In this document: positions 39,380-53,897 of the stretch, in pieces
How the letters are laid out: every line of letters begins with the position of its first letter
How positions within the stretch are numbered: the stretch's first letter is position 1
DNA from: Adineta vaga
Taxonomy: Eukaryota > Animalia > Rotifera
NCBI GenBank assembly: GCA_021613535.1
Contig: CP075494.1
Span: forward strand, 3,472,001-3,536,000
Length of the DNA: 64,000 bases
Direction: 5' to 3'
Program-made: the position numbers and the translations under genes
The notes under the pieces: model-generated
Told to the model about the DNA's origin: nothing
Seen by the model: the letters and a program-made list of their open reading frames with translations, nothing else
The model's database searches: none

Positions 39380-39703
39380 ATGACGAAACTACTCTTCCTA
39401 TGCGTTTTATTATTGTATACCAGCAACTTGATCGTTGGACAGGTAGAAAAACCATCATCATGTTCGGATCTGTATTGCAAGAGATATTGCAAATATGGTT
39501 TTGTTATCCCTGATGCCAACGGTTGTCACAACTGCCAATGCAGTCCATGTGAATCTGGTAAAGCTCTGAAAATTTCTTGTGACAACGATGATAGCATTTG
39601 CGAGCAAAATGGTGGTATCTGCAGATTTGCCGAAACTGGCGCAAAATATTGTTGTCCAAATAAATGTGCTAAAAGCATTATCGGTGATTCAAGAACATTA
39701 TAA
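39380..39703 (+). CDS. Secreted antistasin-like Cys-rich protein (107 aa)
   Basis: Signal peptide, then CSDLYCKRYCKYGFVIPDANGCHNCQC (antistasin pattern) and a lustrin/WR1-like module ending YCCP. Confidence 0.85.
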   Translation: MTKLLFLCVLLLYTSNLIVGQVEKPSSCSDLYCKRYCKYGFVIPDANGCHNCQCSPCESGKALKISCDNDDSICEQNGGICRFAETGAKYCCPNKCAKSIIGDSRTL

Positions 39704-40149
39704 GCGTGGTAAAACTTTCAACGAAACGTATCACTGTTTTAAAAACACTTTGAATATAAACTAATCCAGCCTTTCTTATCTGAATTTCATTTTTTATCTC
39801 GAAAAATAAACAAGAAGAAAATTTGCGCTAATGAATATGTCACTTCATCTTTACTAGCAAGGGTATGGGTGTATGTAGTCTATTAAATTATACCAACTCT
39901 TATATTCTAGGCACCTGTTTACTATCAAATGTATTCTCATAATGATGAAACGTATAAGTAATATGATAGGTCAATAGTTTGAGATGATGTCAGACGTAAA
40001 TTTGAATGATGATTTATGGTATATTTAAGTTCATGCTCCTGATTAAGATGTCCATTTAGCTGCTGGTATATAGAATATCAAAGGAAGAAAATGTAGTATG
40101 AATTTAATCGTGAGTGTCATTTGCATCGATAATTTACTTCTTGAAATGT

Positions 40150-40596
40150 TTTGAAAGTGCTCAAAAAGGCATTAAACGGTCTTGGTGTTGTTTATAACGA
40201 ACAATATGAGTAATTAAAAGCGAAAGAACGCTTTAAATAGGATATGAAATGATATTGTAGAAACAATAATTAATTTAGGTATTATTCATTATGATCGATG
40301 GAATGAAAGCAAAAAATTACTTTGTATTTTTATTACACATGCTTATTTCTTTGAAATATGATCAATCAATATCGAAGTATCTTCACGCATTACCGCGAGT
40401 TAATCTAGTCAATGATGATTACGAAAAAGCTCTGAAAGAATATAAAAATGCTCTGAAAATTCAACAAATATCATTGCCTGGTAATCATCCAGATATTGCT
40501 CGAAGATTACATAATCTCGCTGTTATTCACCCTCATCATGGAAATAATCAATATGCGAAAGAATATTTCAAACGAGCAAAAAAAACCGTTAATTAA
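40150..40596 (+). pseudogene. TPR-repeat gene remnant
   Basis: DYEKALKEYKNALKIQQISLPGNHPDIARRLHNLAVIH is a kinesin-light-chain-type TPR. The upstream part is broken by stops. Confidence 0.75.
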
Positions 40597-40674
40597 AGAG
40601 TATTTGATAAAATAAAAAGCCTTTTTGCTGAATAAATTCAATATTATATTCGTTTTGAGAAATAAAGACAACGT

Positions 40675-43600
40675 CTAATTACAAAATGATCTTTTAAGTT
40701 GAATGAAAATTCTGTAAGTTGTTGTTTGTTGAAATTCTTTCGTATAAAAAGTCGATGGTAGTATGTGTAAAACGTAACTGAATATTTGAGGAACATACGA
40801 AAGAAAATATCCAATTAATAGAATATATCGTTGCCATGCAAATGACAGTTCAGTACATGCTAAACTAAATGTAAGAATTAATTGAGGTAAATTACTAAAA
40901 ATAATAATTATTGGAGTAATATAAAGTTCTTTTTGTGTTAGAAATTGTTTTGTTAAAAGCTCTTTGAATGAATATTTATTTTCATGTTTGATTACTTTTG
41001 CATGTCCTCGTGTTGTAAATATAATCAAACTAGTCACTGATAATATCTGTATGACAAATGGACAAAGACTATGTAGAAGAACATTGACACGATCATAGGT
41101 TAAAATCGATTGTGTAGCAAAATTCATGACGCATAATGTGGCATTATTTGCATCTTTAACGATTGTATAATAGAAAACTTCATGAATATGTAGACCAAAT
41201 ATGATTAAGATGGTTATTAAACTGAAATAGATTGCTTTATTTGTTTTATGTAAACGATTTTTTCGTATTGATGGATAAAGAACAAGATGTAAACGATCGA
41301 TTGTAACTAAACTTAATAACCAATATATTGATCGATTTGATACAGATAATAGATATGAAAGACTTTTACATAAAATAATATTCATTAGTTGTAGATTATC
41401 AAGAAGATTATTTGAACTTAATAGAATATGAATAAATTTTAAAAGAAGAAGAGATAATGAGAATTGACTCAGAATCGAAATAATATAAAGATAATTTCCC
41501 GTACCAAATTGTCGAACATTTGAACGTTTAAATGTAGAAAAACATGGCACATTATTTAATAAACCGAGCAAGAAATTCATGAATACAATGAATAAATAAA
41601 TAAATCGCATTTCAAAACGATCTTTGGTTATTAAAGAATCAAGTGTAAAACTAAATGCGAGAGTACTGAATTCGCAAACATGTCCATAATAACATCGAGG
41701 GCAAAGACATAAGAATGAAGGTGTCTTCCATGAACTTACAGTTACATCTTCAATACAACGACCATTTGATAAACATTTTGAACAACTATCTGATGGAAAA
41801 GTAAAACATTCTGCACGATTACTATCAGCAGTACAAACACAAAGATAATAAGAATCATGAAAACATACGAGACGAGAATTTGATCGACAAAGTTTATGAT
41901 AATTATAAACATTAGGTACAGACAAATCTGAATAGAAAAGTATATTCTAGTGAAAAGGAATGAGAAATTAAATACTTTTACCATTTGCGAGTATTGAGAG
42001 ATCATTGACATCTGAGCAATGATATTCTAGTGAAGATGTTTTATTTATTGATATTGAATTATGTTGAAATGATAAGATAAAATAAAGAGGTTCATGATCA
42101 TATTTTTCATAAAGAATCAAAAGAGTAAGTGTTGGACCTTGAAGATATTCATGATAGTATTGAAATTGTATTGGAATTGATGAATAAATTTGTTGAAATT
42201 GTGGTCGAAGTCGATAAGTTGAAGAATAGATTTGATAATATCGAACGATCATTTTTAATGGGGAATAACTGATGTTTAAAAGATGAATTTCTATCGTTGG
42301 TTTTGAATATTGACAATGTTTTCCATAGAATCGATCTGTACATTGACATGCATACATATCAATTCCAGCTGGGTTATATTTTTGATAACAAATTCCATGG
42401 TTTTCACACGGTTGTGATTGGCAGACATTATAATGAATGTGACAAGTCGGACCAAAATGATTACGTGGACAAATACATAATGGTTGATTAATTCCATTGA
42501 TAATTCCTCGACAATTTCGTTTACAAATAGCACTTGAATGACAATATGAAATACAAATATCGAAGAATTGTTCACACGTTTTCCCATAGAATCCATTTTG
42601 ACAATGACAAATAAATGATGTGTTTGTATTAAGAATTGGAAAACAAGTGGAATTGTTCGAACAAGGATTACTTAAACATGCATTGTTATATGTTTCAAAT
42701 CGAAGAATTTTACTAAAACGAAATGAAGGAAGAAAATCGAAATAAATTGGATAATTCCAAATAGATTTCAATTGAATATGACTATTTTCTTTAAATTCAT
42801 ATAATTCAAATTGAACATGATAAGGATGAAAATGAATAATATTACTACGATTGAAATATCGCTCTTGTTTATTCTTCAAATAAGAATTCGATCGTGAATA
42901 GACGAAATAAAATCTTTGTCTTGACGAAGAATAAATATATGTCTTAAACATATCAATAATATCTTCATTGTAGAATAATATCGCTACTAAATACATTGTT
43001 TGTATTTCTATACCATTGAATTTAATCAAACAAGTAAGACGATCACTATAAAATTCACAATTCTGACCATAATAGTTTGGTGGACATAAACAGACTAAAT
43101 TACCATATTGTTGTAGAGCCATTCCACGATTACAAGCAGAGAGTTCATTATCAGGAATGCTTTTTCTTTCAAATTGACGATTAACAATCAATAATGGTAG
43201 TGGTCTTTCTGCTAATGATCTCAACAGATCTTTCATCAGTCGATTTCGTAGTGTAAATACCGCGTTTACTTCTGCACACCAATATTCATCTTCCCCGTAT
43301 GTACATTCAGCGCGTTGATTACATCGAGCATCTTTACGACATGTTCCATCAAAGCAAAGAACATCATGTTTTCCTGAACAAGATTGATTTAATCTGTTCT
43401 GTTGATGAAAACACAATGGTTCATCACCCGCACAACGTTTCTTACATAAGAATTCATAAGGAATACATTGCTTGATCGATGAATTTAAACAATGAAAATC
43501 AAAGTCTTGTGGTAATCTTTCAACTGAACACGATCGTCGATGCATACGTTCATCTAAACCACCATAACAATCAACAATATGATCTCCAATTTTTGCTATT

Positions 43601-45810
43601 GGTATACAAGGCCGATTTGTTTGAATATCGAGTGGATTCGATACATTTGCTAATAAACATGGATATTCCCATGTTAAATTACATATGTTATTAAAAGGAT
43701 AATGTTCTTTTGAATGTTTAATTTGACATTTTGATTTCAAATTCTTCAAATTAAAATATTGTCGATTATGATCAGAAAAATGTTGAATAATAAATATTCC
43801 TTGTTCATCTGAACCATCTGGACAATCCCATGATTGATCGCAAATATATGAAGCATGAATACATTGCCCAGATAAACATTGATACTGACCTGGTAAACAT
43901 ATCCACTGTTGACAACCGATGGGTAATTCATCTATCTTTGTTGTTGTATCCCACAATGCATCACAATAATAAATATATGGTATAACAGTTTCTGATGGAA
44001 TTATTCGGTCATGATTTTCAATATATAAACGAATGGTTCGACAAGCTTCTTGATCTCCTATTGTACATCTTAATGTTGAAAATGCTATTCCAGTACCATA
44101 GAAAAGCATATCATGATAATTGAAACATCCAGCAGTTCTTTTAAAATACAATTCTTTCGCTAAATAACATGTCGGCTGTTCGGATGAACATTGAAAACGA
44201 TGTTTATTAGATAAACACTTTGGTATACTTCTATTACCGATAATTTCATCAAGTGAATCATAACAATCGATCATTCGATCAAGTAGACGATGATCGGATA
44301 TACATTCACGTGATATTTCACATACATCATCGAATGTAGAAGGTTTTCCAAGAAAATTACTCTCATTATGATAACAATCTTGATGAAAATGTGGAGCATA
44401 CATTGATTGATTTTGGTGTGTTAAATCTTGATTAAAATTACACCAAGAAAAATCGTATTGAAACATACGAATAAATTCATCGTTCATTGAGAAAGATGTT
44501 ATATTCTCTTGATTAAAAGTTAAATGAAATCCTCGACATCTAAGACTTCCAAGAAGAAAGAAACTTTCAGGCTGAGTATCATACCAATTCGTATGATTAC
44601 GAGCATACATTGTATATGTTAGGATATTTAATAATCGCCCACGAGGATAAATAATCCATGCTGATGAACATATTTTATTGATGAATTCTTTGCAATCATT
44701 ACCAAAACAAGGACACCAAGGTGCGCGTCGAAAAACAAGAGCACATTTAATTAACCAAATGCATTGCCGATCCTGTGACCAATAATTAAAATCATTGATT
44801 TCATCGATATTAACATTATAAGCAGTAAAAGCAAGACAACGACCTTGTTTATTTGTCCATAATGGTAAGCTTCGAGATAATTCACATTGATATAAATACT
44901 CTCTATATGTGTCGCATTGATCATTTAAAGCATTGATTTGTTGAAAAGGTGTCCGAAAAACATACGGTATACATTTTCCATCACCACATGAAAATTGATT
45001 TCGATAACACAAATGTTCATCACAATGAAAACTTGAAAATGTCAATCGACAATTAGTTGGACTTTTCACCTGTTCATCACTATGATCCATACAATCCTGC
45101 TGTCCATCGAGAAAAAATTCCTCCGGTATACACATGCCATTCAAACAGCGATATTCCTCTTCTTCACATTCATTAAATTCTAAAAGATCACAATTCTCTT
45201 CATCCCATCCATCTGTACACTGTTGTCGACCATCACAAATATTTCGATAATCCAAACATAATAGACCTGAATCACATTTCAATGTTGTATAACATAATGT
45301 ATGCCCATACATTTGTTCTTTATGAATATTAAGAAAAAGACCTTTTTGTTTTAATTGTTCATCAAGATCATTCTGAATATTTGAATGAAAGTATAATTCA
45401 TATTCACAATATTTACCAAATGTATTAGGTTTTTTACATTCACATAGAATTTCATCTGTTGGATGTTTACTATTGTTTAAGAACTTTCCATAACCATCGG
45501 CTACTTCAATACTTGAGCTCCATTGCAGAATTTCTTCCATACTAACATTTTGTTCACGTAATTCTGAAAATCGATGTGTTGTAGAATCTGGTGCACATGT
45601 TTCATTCTTTCGACTTCGAGATTTTAAATCACCATCTCGACGACAGAAAGGGACGAATAGATCGGATAATTTATCTTGGTAATACACACAATCATATGCT
45701 TCAACATTCCTTTCATCTTCAGTATTGTATATAAAAACTAACAGATCAATCGATCGTACAAAAACGACTATTATCAACACGAATTTAACGATTAATACTG
45801 AGTTGAACAT
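40675..45810 (-). CDS. LDLa-repeat + EGF + 7TM receptor (about 1693 aa, 2 exons)
   Basis: Signal peptide from ATG 45810, many LDLa repeats (CDGRQQCTDGWDEENC) and EGF repeats, a phase-1 intron at 41928-41981, and a 7TM domain with VTIDR. Confidence 0.92.
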
Positions 45811-47260
45811 TCTAAAAAGAAAAGTTAGATACTCGCCCATATGGAAATTGAGGGTATGGGTGGGTGTGAGGGTCTATAGTCATCTATTACTAATGTCAAG
45901 CTTTTGCGTGTATATGCACCGATGAGCTCTAGGTTTGGGATATACGAAGGTCTAGTAGAATGTATCATTGTCTCTTTCAGGATTGAGTCGAGCGGGATCT
46001 AAAGAACTGACGCGTTACTAATTGTTATTATTTATCTAAAAAATGCACTCCATGAAATGATTAAATATCGTTCTAAAAATACATGAAAAAATCAACTATA
46101 ATCTTTCTAAACTATGTAGTAATTAGATGCATAAACAGATAGAAATTTTTAGTGGATTATATTAAATTAATAAATATTATCCAATTTGTTCGAGTATAGC
46201 TAAAAATGACTCCTAAACACATAGTTTTGTCTTTATCCAAAAAATGTGTGTGGATCGTGTTGTTGGCCTTTTCAGAGTTATATGGGGTTTTACGTAGGAT
46301 TAGAAGAAAAATATTCTCACAATTAACTGTTCAGATGTTTGGTGTTTATCGTAGTTTCATCATTCTAATTCATATTTGCAGTGCGAGATATTTTTACTTG
46401 AGAACCTATTCCAGAAAAAAATAGTGATCTCTATGGAAGTTGATTTTCTCCTCTCTTACCTTTCATAAATAAATACAAATGACTTCTTTTAGTTTTCAGA
46501 AAATCTGGAGGAATTATATAGATATAACCTTTTTCTCTCGTTCTGAAGCGAAGAAAAAATGATTTCATGAAGTAATTTCAGATTAGTATACGCAACTGAT
46601 ATCCATTAGAGATCTTATCTGTAAAAATATCAACATAAAAGAAACGGAAATTTGTTTTATAAAAATAAAACAACACATTAGATATTCAACCATACCGATG
46701 TGCCTTTTCATCAAACTTATGTTTATCGCGATTGTGCACGAACACAGTAGTGAGTCAAATGATTAAAACTTTGAGCGATAAAATCTGTTTTTGACCATTT
46801 GAATAAAAAATTTTCTTTTTTTGTTGATTCATGTCGTTATGACGCGATACCAGTAGATACATTACCTCTACTTTTCTTTCATCTGATTCTTTTCCGATGG
46901 ACATACTTTTGTTTGGAGCTAGGTCAGAAAGTTGCGGATATATCGTTGCGAACACAGAGTACTACATGACCAAAAAGTTGAAAAGTCTATACAGATAAAA
47001 CCTCATTTATGTGTTTTAAACAATGTATGGATATGAGCGTAAAGTTAACAAATCTCACACACCATACCCACATTCACCTATAGCTAAGACGGTCTTCCGT
47101 AAGTAGTTAATATGATTCAGCAAAAATAATCTGCATTATCATTCGTTAGTCAATAATATCAAAGTGTTTCAAAAAAGAAACAATGATGTTCTGTTATCTT
47201 TCTGTATATAAAAAGTAATGCGACATACACACATACAAATTCTTTTTATTCTATCTAGTG

Positions 47261-48478
47261 ATGATAATGCAACGTCAATTTTTATTCTTCTTCTTTTCAC
47301 TATACATCACAACTGTCGTGTCAAGTCACAGTGAGTATGGTCTGTCTCTATCGAAAGGTCAGTATCTCCTGTATCTGTATAAGAGTAAAAAATGGACAAA
47401 TCATATCATATTTTTAGCTGCACACAGTACTATAATGTCATGGACATCGGATGGCAAAACAGTAGCCGGTGGTAATGGTCCAGGTGGTGCGCTCAATCAA
47501 TTGAATGCTTCGTATGGAGTATTTGTTCAAGCAAATGATGATGTCTTTGTCAGTGATTATTTTAACAATCGAGTCGTTAAATGGGCGAAGGGTGCCTCGA
47601 CTGGCATCCTCTATGCGGGAGGTCAATGTGAAGTTAATCAACAGGATCATCTATGCAATCCTACTACTCTCACATTCGATAAGGAAGGCACTTTGTTTGT
47701 CACTGTTGAAAATAGCACAAACGGAGCCGTCATACGAATGAAGCGTGGAGCTGCCGGCACTGAAATGTTCATTACTGCTGATAGTTCTCTTTATGGCATT
47801 GTTTGGGATGAAAAAGAAGAATTTCTTTATCTTACCCATCATCGTGAGCATCGAGTAGTAAAATATTCAAAGGATGGACAATTCGTCAAAGTCGTTGCAG
47901 GAGGTAATGGTCGCGGAGCAGCTCTCAATCAGCTTGACTATCGTACGTAAACTTTCATTATACTCTATTTGCTAAATTGTTCATCTTTGATTTTCGTAGC
48001 ACGAGGTGTTGCCGTGGACCAAGATGGATCTGTCTACGTAGCAGATTCCAACAACCAGCGTTTAATGAAATGGACCGTCAATGCTGAACAAGGAGTTGTT
48101 ATTTTTGGTAGTCATGGTATTGGAAATCGGACTGATCAATTGGACACACCAGCCGCTCTTATTCGTGATAAAAGTGGAACACTTTATGTAGTAGATGAAC
48201 GTAATAATCGCATTATCGCTGTGCCTGTAGGTGCGCAAAATGGTACTGTTATTGCTGGTGGCAATAATCAACTCAATGTACCCATCTATTTGGCATTTAA
48301 CCAAAGGGGAGATTTGTATGTCAGTGATTCGAAAAATTTTCGAGTGCAAATGTTTACAATGAATAGCGATCCGATCAGTGACGGTGGTCACATTCTTGCA
48401 AACAAATCGATAATGTTCTTTTGTTTTCTACTATATGTGATAGATTTGAGCGCGCACTTGAAAATAAATGCTTTCTAA
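47261..48478 (+). CDS. Secreted NHL-repeat beta-propeller, possibly GPI-anchored (3 exons)
   Basis: Signal exon, introns 47332-47417 and 47943-47999, repeats of VAGGNG.G.ALNQL..P.GV.VD..G..YVADS.N.R, and a hydrophobic C-terminus. Confidence 0.92.
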
Positions 48479-48775
48479 TCGAGGGTATGAGATACACCTA
48501 TCACTCTCAAGATGGATGTGGCGGAATAAATATACGACAATTCTTACTCAATGAAATTGTAATATAAATATACGGATTCTACATGTTTCTCTCTAACAAC
48601 TATTTTTCTTCAAAACAATACGAGCTATTCGTAAATTATAACTATATATAATGTCACGAAATATTTATTAATATGAAGAAATTCTTAAATATGAAACTGC
48701 TTGAATATATAACACAATACAGAAGACAACAAAAATTTTCGGAATATCGATGTCGCCTGAAATTCAAATATACTA

Positions 48776-50577
48776 TTATTGGTTAGCACTAAAACGCATA
48801 TCCGGCGTTCCATCTGCTTTGAGTGGACCATCTCCACTCCCATCACCACCAATACTTTCGACACTATTGATCATTCCTAGGAAACAATGAAGATGAAATA
48901 CATTGATCAGAGAATAGCTTAGTTTTTATTTACCTGACGAAGATTCCGCAATTTCACCACTACCACCATTGAGTACATCATCACGACTAATTTCACCGGA
49001 TGCAACAGCATCTTGACTTGCATTGTACCGCATATCAGCTGTACCATCACTTTTAGTTGGGATGGCCGTATTAGTTTCGCTAATTTCGTCCGGTACTGTT
49101 GGATTCATACTTAACTGGCCTTCATCTGATGCCGAAACGTTTACTTCTAAAAAAGTCAAATAAAACGGTTTATTTGTTTGTATGATGTAGATTATGATGA
49201 ATAGAATACCTTGTTGATTTTCTTTGCAGCGCATATCTAAAGATCCATCAGTATTGAGATGTTGATCTTCATCATTAACCAAATTCTCTCGATTTTCAGT
49301 TAAACGCATATCAGCATTGTCTAACAATTCATCACCACTATCATTAGATGAAATATTTGGCGCAGTAATAACTTTATTTTCTACACAGCGCATATCGGGA
49401 GAAGCATCTATATTTAAATGATGACCTTGATTGTCAACCAAATCTTCTCGATTATCCTTCAAACGCATGTCAATATTTCCGTTTGTCTGATTGTTATCAT
49501 TACCTAATGAAGTATTAATTGGAGCTTCAATTTTATTTTCCTCACAACGCTTATCTAGCGTCCCATCAACGTTCAAACGATGGCCAGTTTCATTAACCAA
49601 CCTTTCTCGATGTTCTTTGGCGCGCATATCCTCTGATCCATCCTCATTCAAATGTTGTTCTTGTGTCTGTCTACTTTTATTAGTATGTACCATACGCATG
49701 TCTGGATCGCCATACTTGTTTCGATCTTGATTTGCTGCATATCGTTCGTCAACTGTACCATCTTGCTTTCGAGGATAATTAAAATGATGGTAATTGCTAT
49801 CGCACATGTATTTGCTATTTTCTCCGTACGGATTTTGTCTCCGTTCTCTTGGATTTTTCGTACTGGTCACATGGGGTTTATATGTTTCCCATCTCTTATC
49901 ATCAGGAACGAAATTCTGGTCAATAAGCTTACCGATACTTTGTGTCACATCTCGGATGGTATTACCTTGATCATTCTTCATTTGTATGATGTCAACTTTG
50001 CCATCTTTATCAATAATGGCACGTAAACTGTCACTTATCCTAGCATGTTTGCCTAGCACCAGAATTCCACGTGTTGCCTAAAAAACAGAACAGTCAGTAA
50101 GTTTGTAAATAAGAAATAGATTGAAGAACAAATTACTTTCGTTTCGCACATATCGCGACAGATCTTTTCGTACTCCCTCTTCGGTACTGATCTATGATAA
50201 TCTTTTGCATCGACAACTGCTGTATTTCTGCGTACACCATCACAACTCCATGCAATCATGAAATCAGGACGTATATTTGATCCATTTTGTGAAGGCTGAT
50301 GGTTTTGTTTTGGATGATAAACACAAATGTTCTTATAAGTTTCAGCAGCTACTCGTTGTGCTGCTTGATTGAGTATTTCACCTGTTAATTTTTCATGTTC
50401 ATACCAAGAGCAAGAATTTTTTAATGATACAGCAGCATTTTGTTCGTTCAATGTCAAACCTGCAGTTTGTTGCGTAAAATTGTTTATTGAATAGTTCGAT
50501 CCTTGAGTATCATCTTGCATAAAATAAATTCCCCAAGGATCGGAAAGAATCAGTTCGTTGTCATTATCTGTAGACAT
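48776..50577 (-). CDS. Mrr-like PD-(D/E)XK nuclease domain fused to ten DGxxDMR repeats (540 aa, 4 exons)
   Basis: Exons 50577-50137, 50077-49210, 49146-48934 and 48876-48776 total 1623 nt and are open. Motifs: WYEHEKL, RPDF, VVDAKDY, ATRGILV. Confidence 0.82.
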
Positions 50578-51522
50578 TTTCTGACTTGAATAATTGATTG
50601 AAGGTGACGAAGTATGAATGAAGCAAAAGTTTGTGATATTTATACCGAGTTCTGACATCACCAAATGAAATTCTGTCGTCTACTGGGGTTTTTCCCATTC
50701 TTTCATCGACGAGTGCCATTGAGTCGATAAAAAAAATCCAGCAGCCTCATTATTTTTTTATTTGTCGTTTTTTACTCAGTATAATGATGTAGATTTCTTT
50801 CCAGTCAGCAAAACGAATCAAATCTATGACAATACTCACATTATAACATATGCTTCCATACATTTTAAACGTGTTGAAAAATTTTCAGTTATAAATATGT
50901 TGCCTGAAATAACAAATAAAAAACAACAGCATGTCACATTTGAATTGATAGAAAGCAGTATTTTGATGTGGTGTTCATTCCATTTATCATGTTTTCTCTG
51001 ATGGTAACAAAGAATGGCTAAGAAAATGAATCTGAAATAAGACGAAATGATAGTATTTTTTCTCCTTCTGTAGTCCCTGAAGAAAAAGATAATATTATAT
51101 GCTGCATTAATGAAATTAATTCTATAATTTTTAAAAGGTTTTGTTTGCCGAATAAATATAGATATACATCTGATCAAACGATTAAAGGAATTCAATAAAT
51201 CTTATTATATTCAGACAAATGAAATCAAGAATGATATAGGGTGCGACTACGACGGAAGAGTGTAAAAATTACTTTGAATGCAAATATCTCATCAAGATCC
51301 TCATCTACACCCTTCCATTCACGATTCTATCCCGCATCTTTATTGGTATCAGTACGATGTAACTGTGATGTCCATATCCACATTTACATTCATATTCTTA
51401 TTTTGCTGACACATATAATAACTTGAACATAAAAATACAATGAATATTTTGCCCGCAAAGTGTTTCTGTTTAATTAAACATTTAAATCGTATTCTCAATT
51501 AAACTTTATTGATGAATATAAA

Positions 51523-51948
51523 CTAATAAGAAAGAGAATCTAATGTATGACCGTCCGGCATATCTGCTATTGACTGACAGAAAGTATGCAGACGAGTTAA
51601 TGTACCATTGGTTTGAATTGGTCCAGTTTGCCACCAATGAAAGTGAGCATTTGTTCCATCTCCGATTGGTGTTAGAGAACTGAATCCATGAATGCAGGAA
51701 CCATATGTTATTGTTTCCCGAAAAGTATGCATACCAGTTTGTGCCCAATAACCACCACAGTATGTGGGATTGCCATTTTGCCCATAATCAATTCTCCAAA
51801 TAAAATTTTTTGAATCAATCGTGAGATACACATCGAAACGTATCTCATTGCTGAATTGAAGTGCTTGTCCTTTCCATATTCCATCAATATATATTGAAGC
51901 TGATATGCAATAATGTTGAAAAGTTGTAATTGCAGCAAAAACTAACAT
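51523..51948 (-). CDS. Small, probably secreted beta-rich protein with a bacterial-looking domain
   Basis: GIWKGQALQ..IDY..CGGYW..FRETITYGSC. The frame is open to 52092 and the start is uncertain. Confidence 0.65.
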   Translation of the reverse strand: MLVFAAITTFQHYCISASIYIDGIWKGQALQFSNEIRFDVYLTIDSKNFIWRIDYGQNGNPTYCGGYWAQTGMHTFRETITYGSCIHGFSSLTPIGDGTNAHFHWWQTGPIQTNGTLTRLHTFCQSIADMPDGHTLDSLSY

Positions 51949-52336
51949 ATGAGGAAGTATGCCTACTTCCCTTCTAATTATTTCAATAAAAAGAAAAGAA
52001 AATATGAGAAGAATACAGAGAGAAGAATATACACGAATATGTATAGTTTTGTCGTCGTTATTATCTGCTTTCAGGTGCTTTTTTTTACACATCTATGACT
52101 ATCTGACTTATGTTCTCAATGTAAATCGTCATTAGAAGATAAAAGTTTGACTCATTAAATACTCTTTTTCGCGAAAAATTGTAGTCATTTTGCGGAGCTT
52201 GAGAAGTCATGAATTTCTAGAAACCCACAATATTTACAAACAATCAGAGCTAGACAGTTCAATTTAACAGAGATGGAAAAAAATCGAATACAAATTGTGG
52301 AACTGATGTATCAAATAGAGATTCATTTTAATAAAA

Positions 52337-53250
52337 ATGAGTGTTAAGATAGCTGGAATAAATTATATTCAGACATAGATTAAGAAAGAAATATTTAAGT
52401 ATCTTGAGCATTATGATATTTATGATGCATTTTTCAATCCTAATTATCGTTTTCAACATTTATCAAATGTTTCCCGTATCCACTTAAGATTAAATTTCGT
52501 TTTAAAGCTCCATTTCAACTGCGTACTACATTATAATGATATTATTTCGGAAATGATTTACTCATTAATGATTTTCTGAGACATTGCATCATTGATTCAA
52601 CATTTTATTTTCTTCAATCAATTATTCTTGCGGATGTTTCAGTCGAGTTAGTTGGGATGCTATACTTCTATTTAAAGTCTCTTCGTCAACTCTTTTCATT
52701 TGTCATACATATAAAAGGTGAGTGAAGCTGTGAACTTGCTTGTATCTATCCGTTAATTTCTTCTTTTCATGCATTGAAATATAACAAACTGTCATTGAAA
52801 ATACATGAACGTATAGATTTAAATCTCTAGATACCAGTCGCTATTAACCAATCAGTTAGTAACATCGAACACCTTTGATTTCTTGTTTGATATGATTCGT
52901 CGACTAACTTGTAAGAATATGGTATTATCATATCCAAATTTCGATATTGATGACTTAGTGACGCTACCGAATTTGACGTATCTGTATTTTTATTGATTGG
53001 GAAATATCATTTGAAGCAAAAATATATCTTCTCAATTCAAATTATTGATCATCAGCGAACACTACGATGAGTTGAGATAAACTCTTTCTATACCTGTCAA
53101 TATCAGGATTATTATGAGCACAGGACTTTGAATTATGTAAATATATCGAAGTTGACTGAAGTTTTCTATTTTTTACAATCGATTTAGTGTTAAATGATTT
53201 TTCGATAGAAAACTACTTTATGATAAAAGCCCTATAATTCTACGTTTAAG
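52337..53250 (+). pseudogene. F-box/LRR gene remnant
   Basis: EIFKYLEHYDIYDAFFNPNYRFQHL matches EIFEYLDAYFIYESFFKLNQRFQNL of the 31055 gene. Many stops and frameshifts. Confidence 0.75.
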
Positions 53251-53897
53251 AGTTATGTTATAGATAACAGTAGTATATTAATATTTTGTCTAATCTCGTT
53301 GAAGAAAATGAACTGAGCACAATCAATCAATGGAAGAAACAACTTTCACATTGATAATCATCTTTACTATTTTGAAGTTTTTCGGTGCTTAAAGATGAAT
53401 GAAAAACTTATAGATGCTGCATTTCATTTTCTTACTTTTCACTACGTGTTTATACAGTATAAATATGAAATTCAAATCATTCTAATGTCACACATAGAGA
53501 ACCGAAAGAATTACCAATGAATAATAAGGCTGAATGACTAGATCATAAACAAATAGAAGATAAAGATGCGCAGAAACCCGAGTTGATTGTTTTGATCGTT
53601 TTTGTGATTAGTCATTCTCTCTTGTTAAAATTTGTTGTTCTTGTTCCAAAAAAGTCACAAACTATACCGTTATAACACCCTTATTATCAAGTACAGCAGC
53701 AACTTTGATCACATCTCACCAACTACGTAAGTATCAGTGCAACGCTCCTCTATTTTCTACAAATGCCAATTTTAAATCAATTGCACATGGTTCCTTTTCG
53801 TCAAATAATCGTCAACATCTATCTGAAGATCATATTATACTAGTATATCATTTTGAGGATAGCAATAGGAGAAAACGCTATTCACATCCTCACACCC

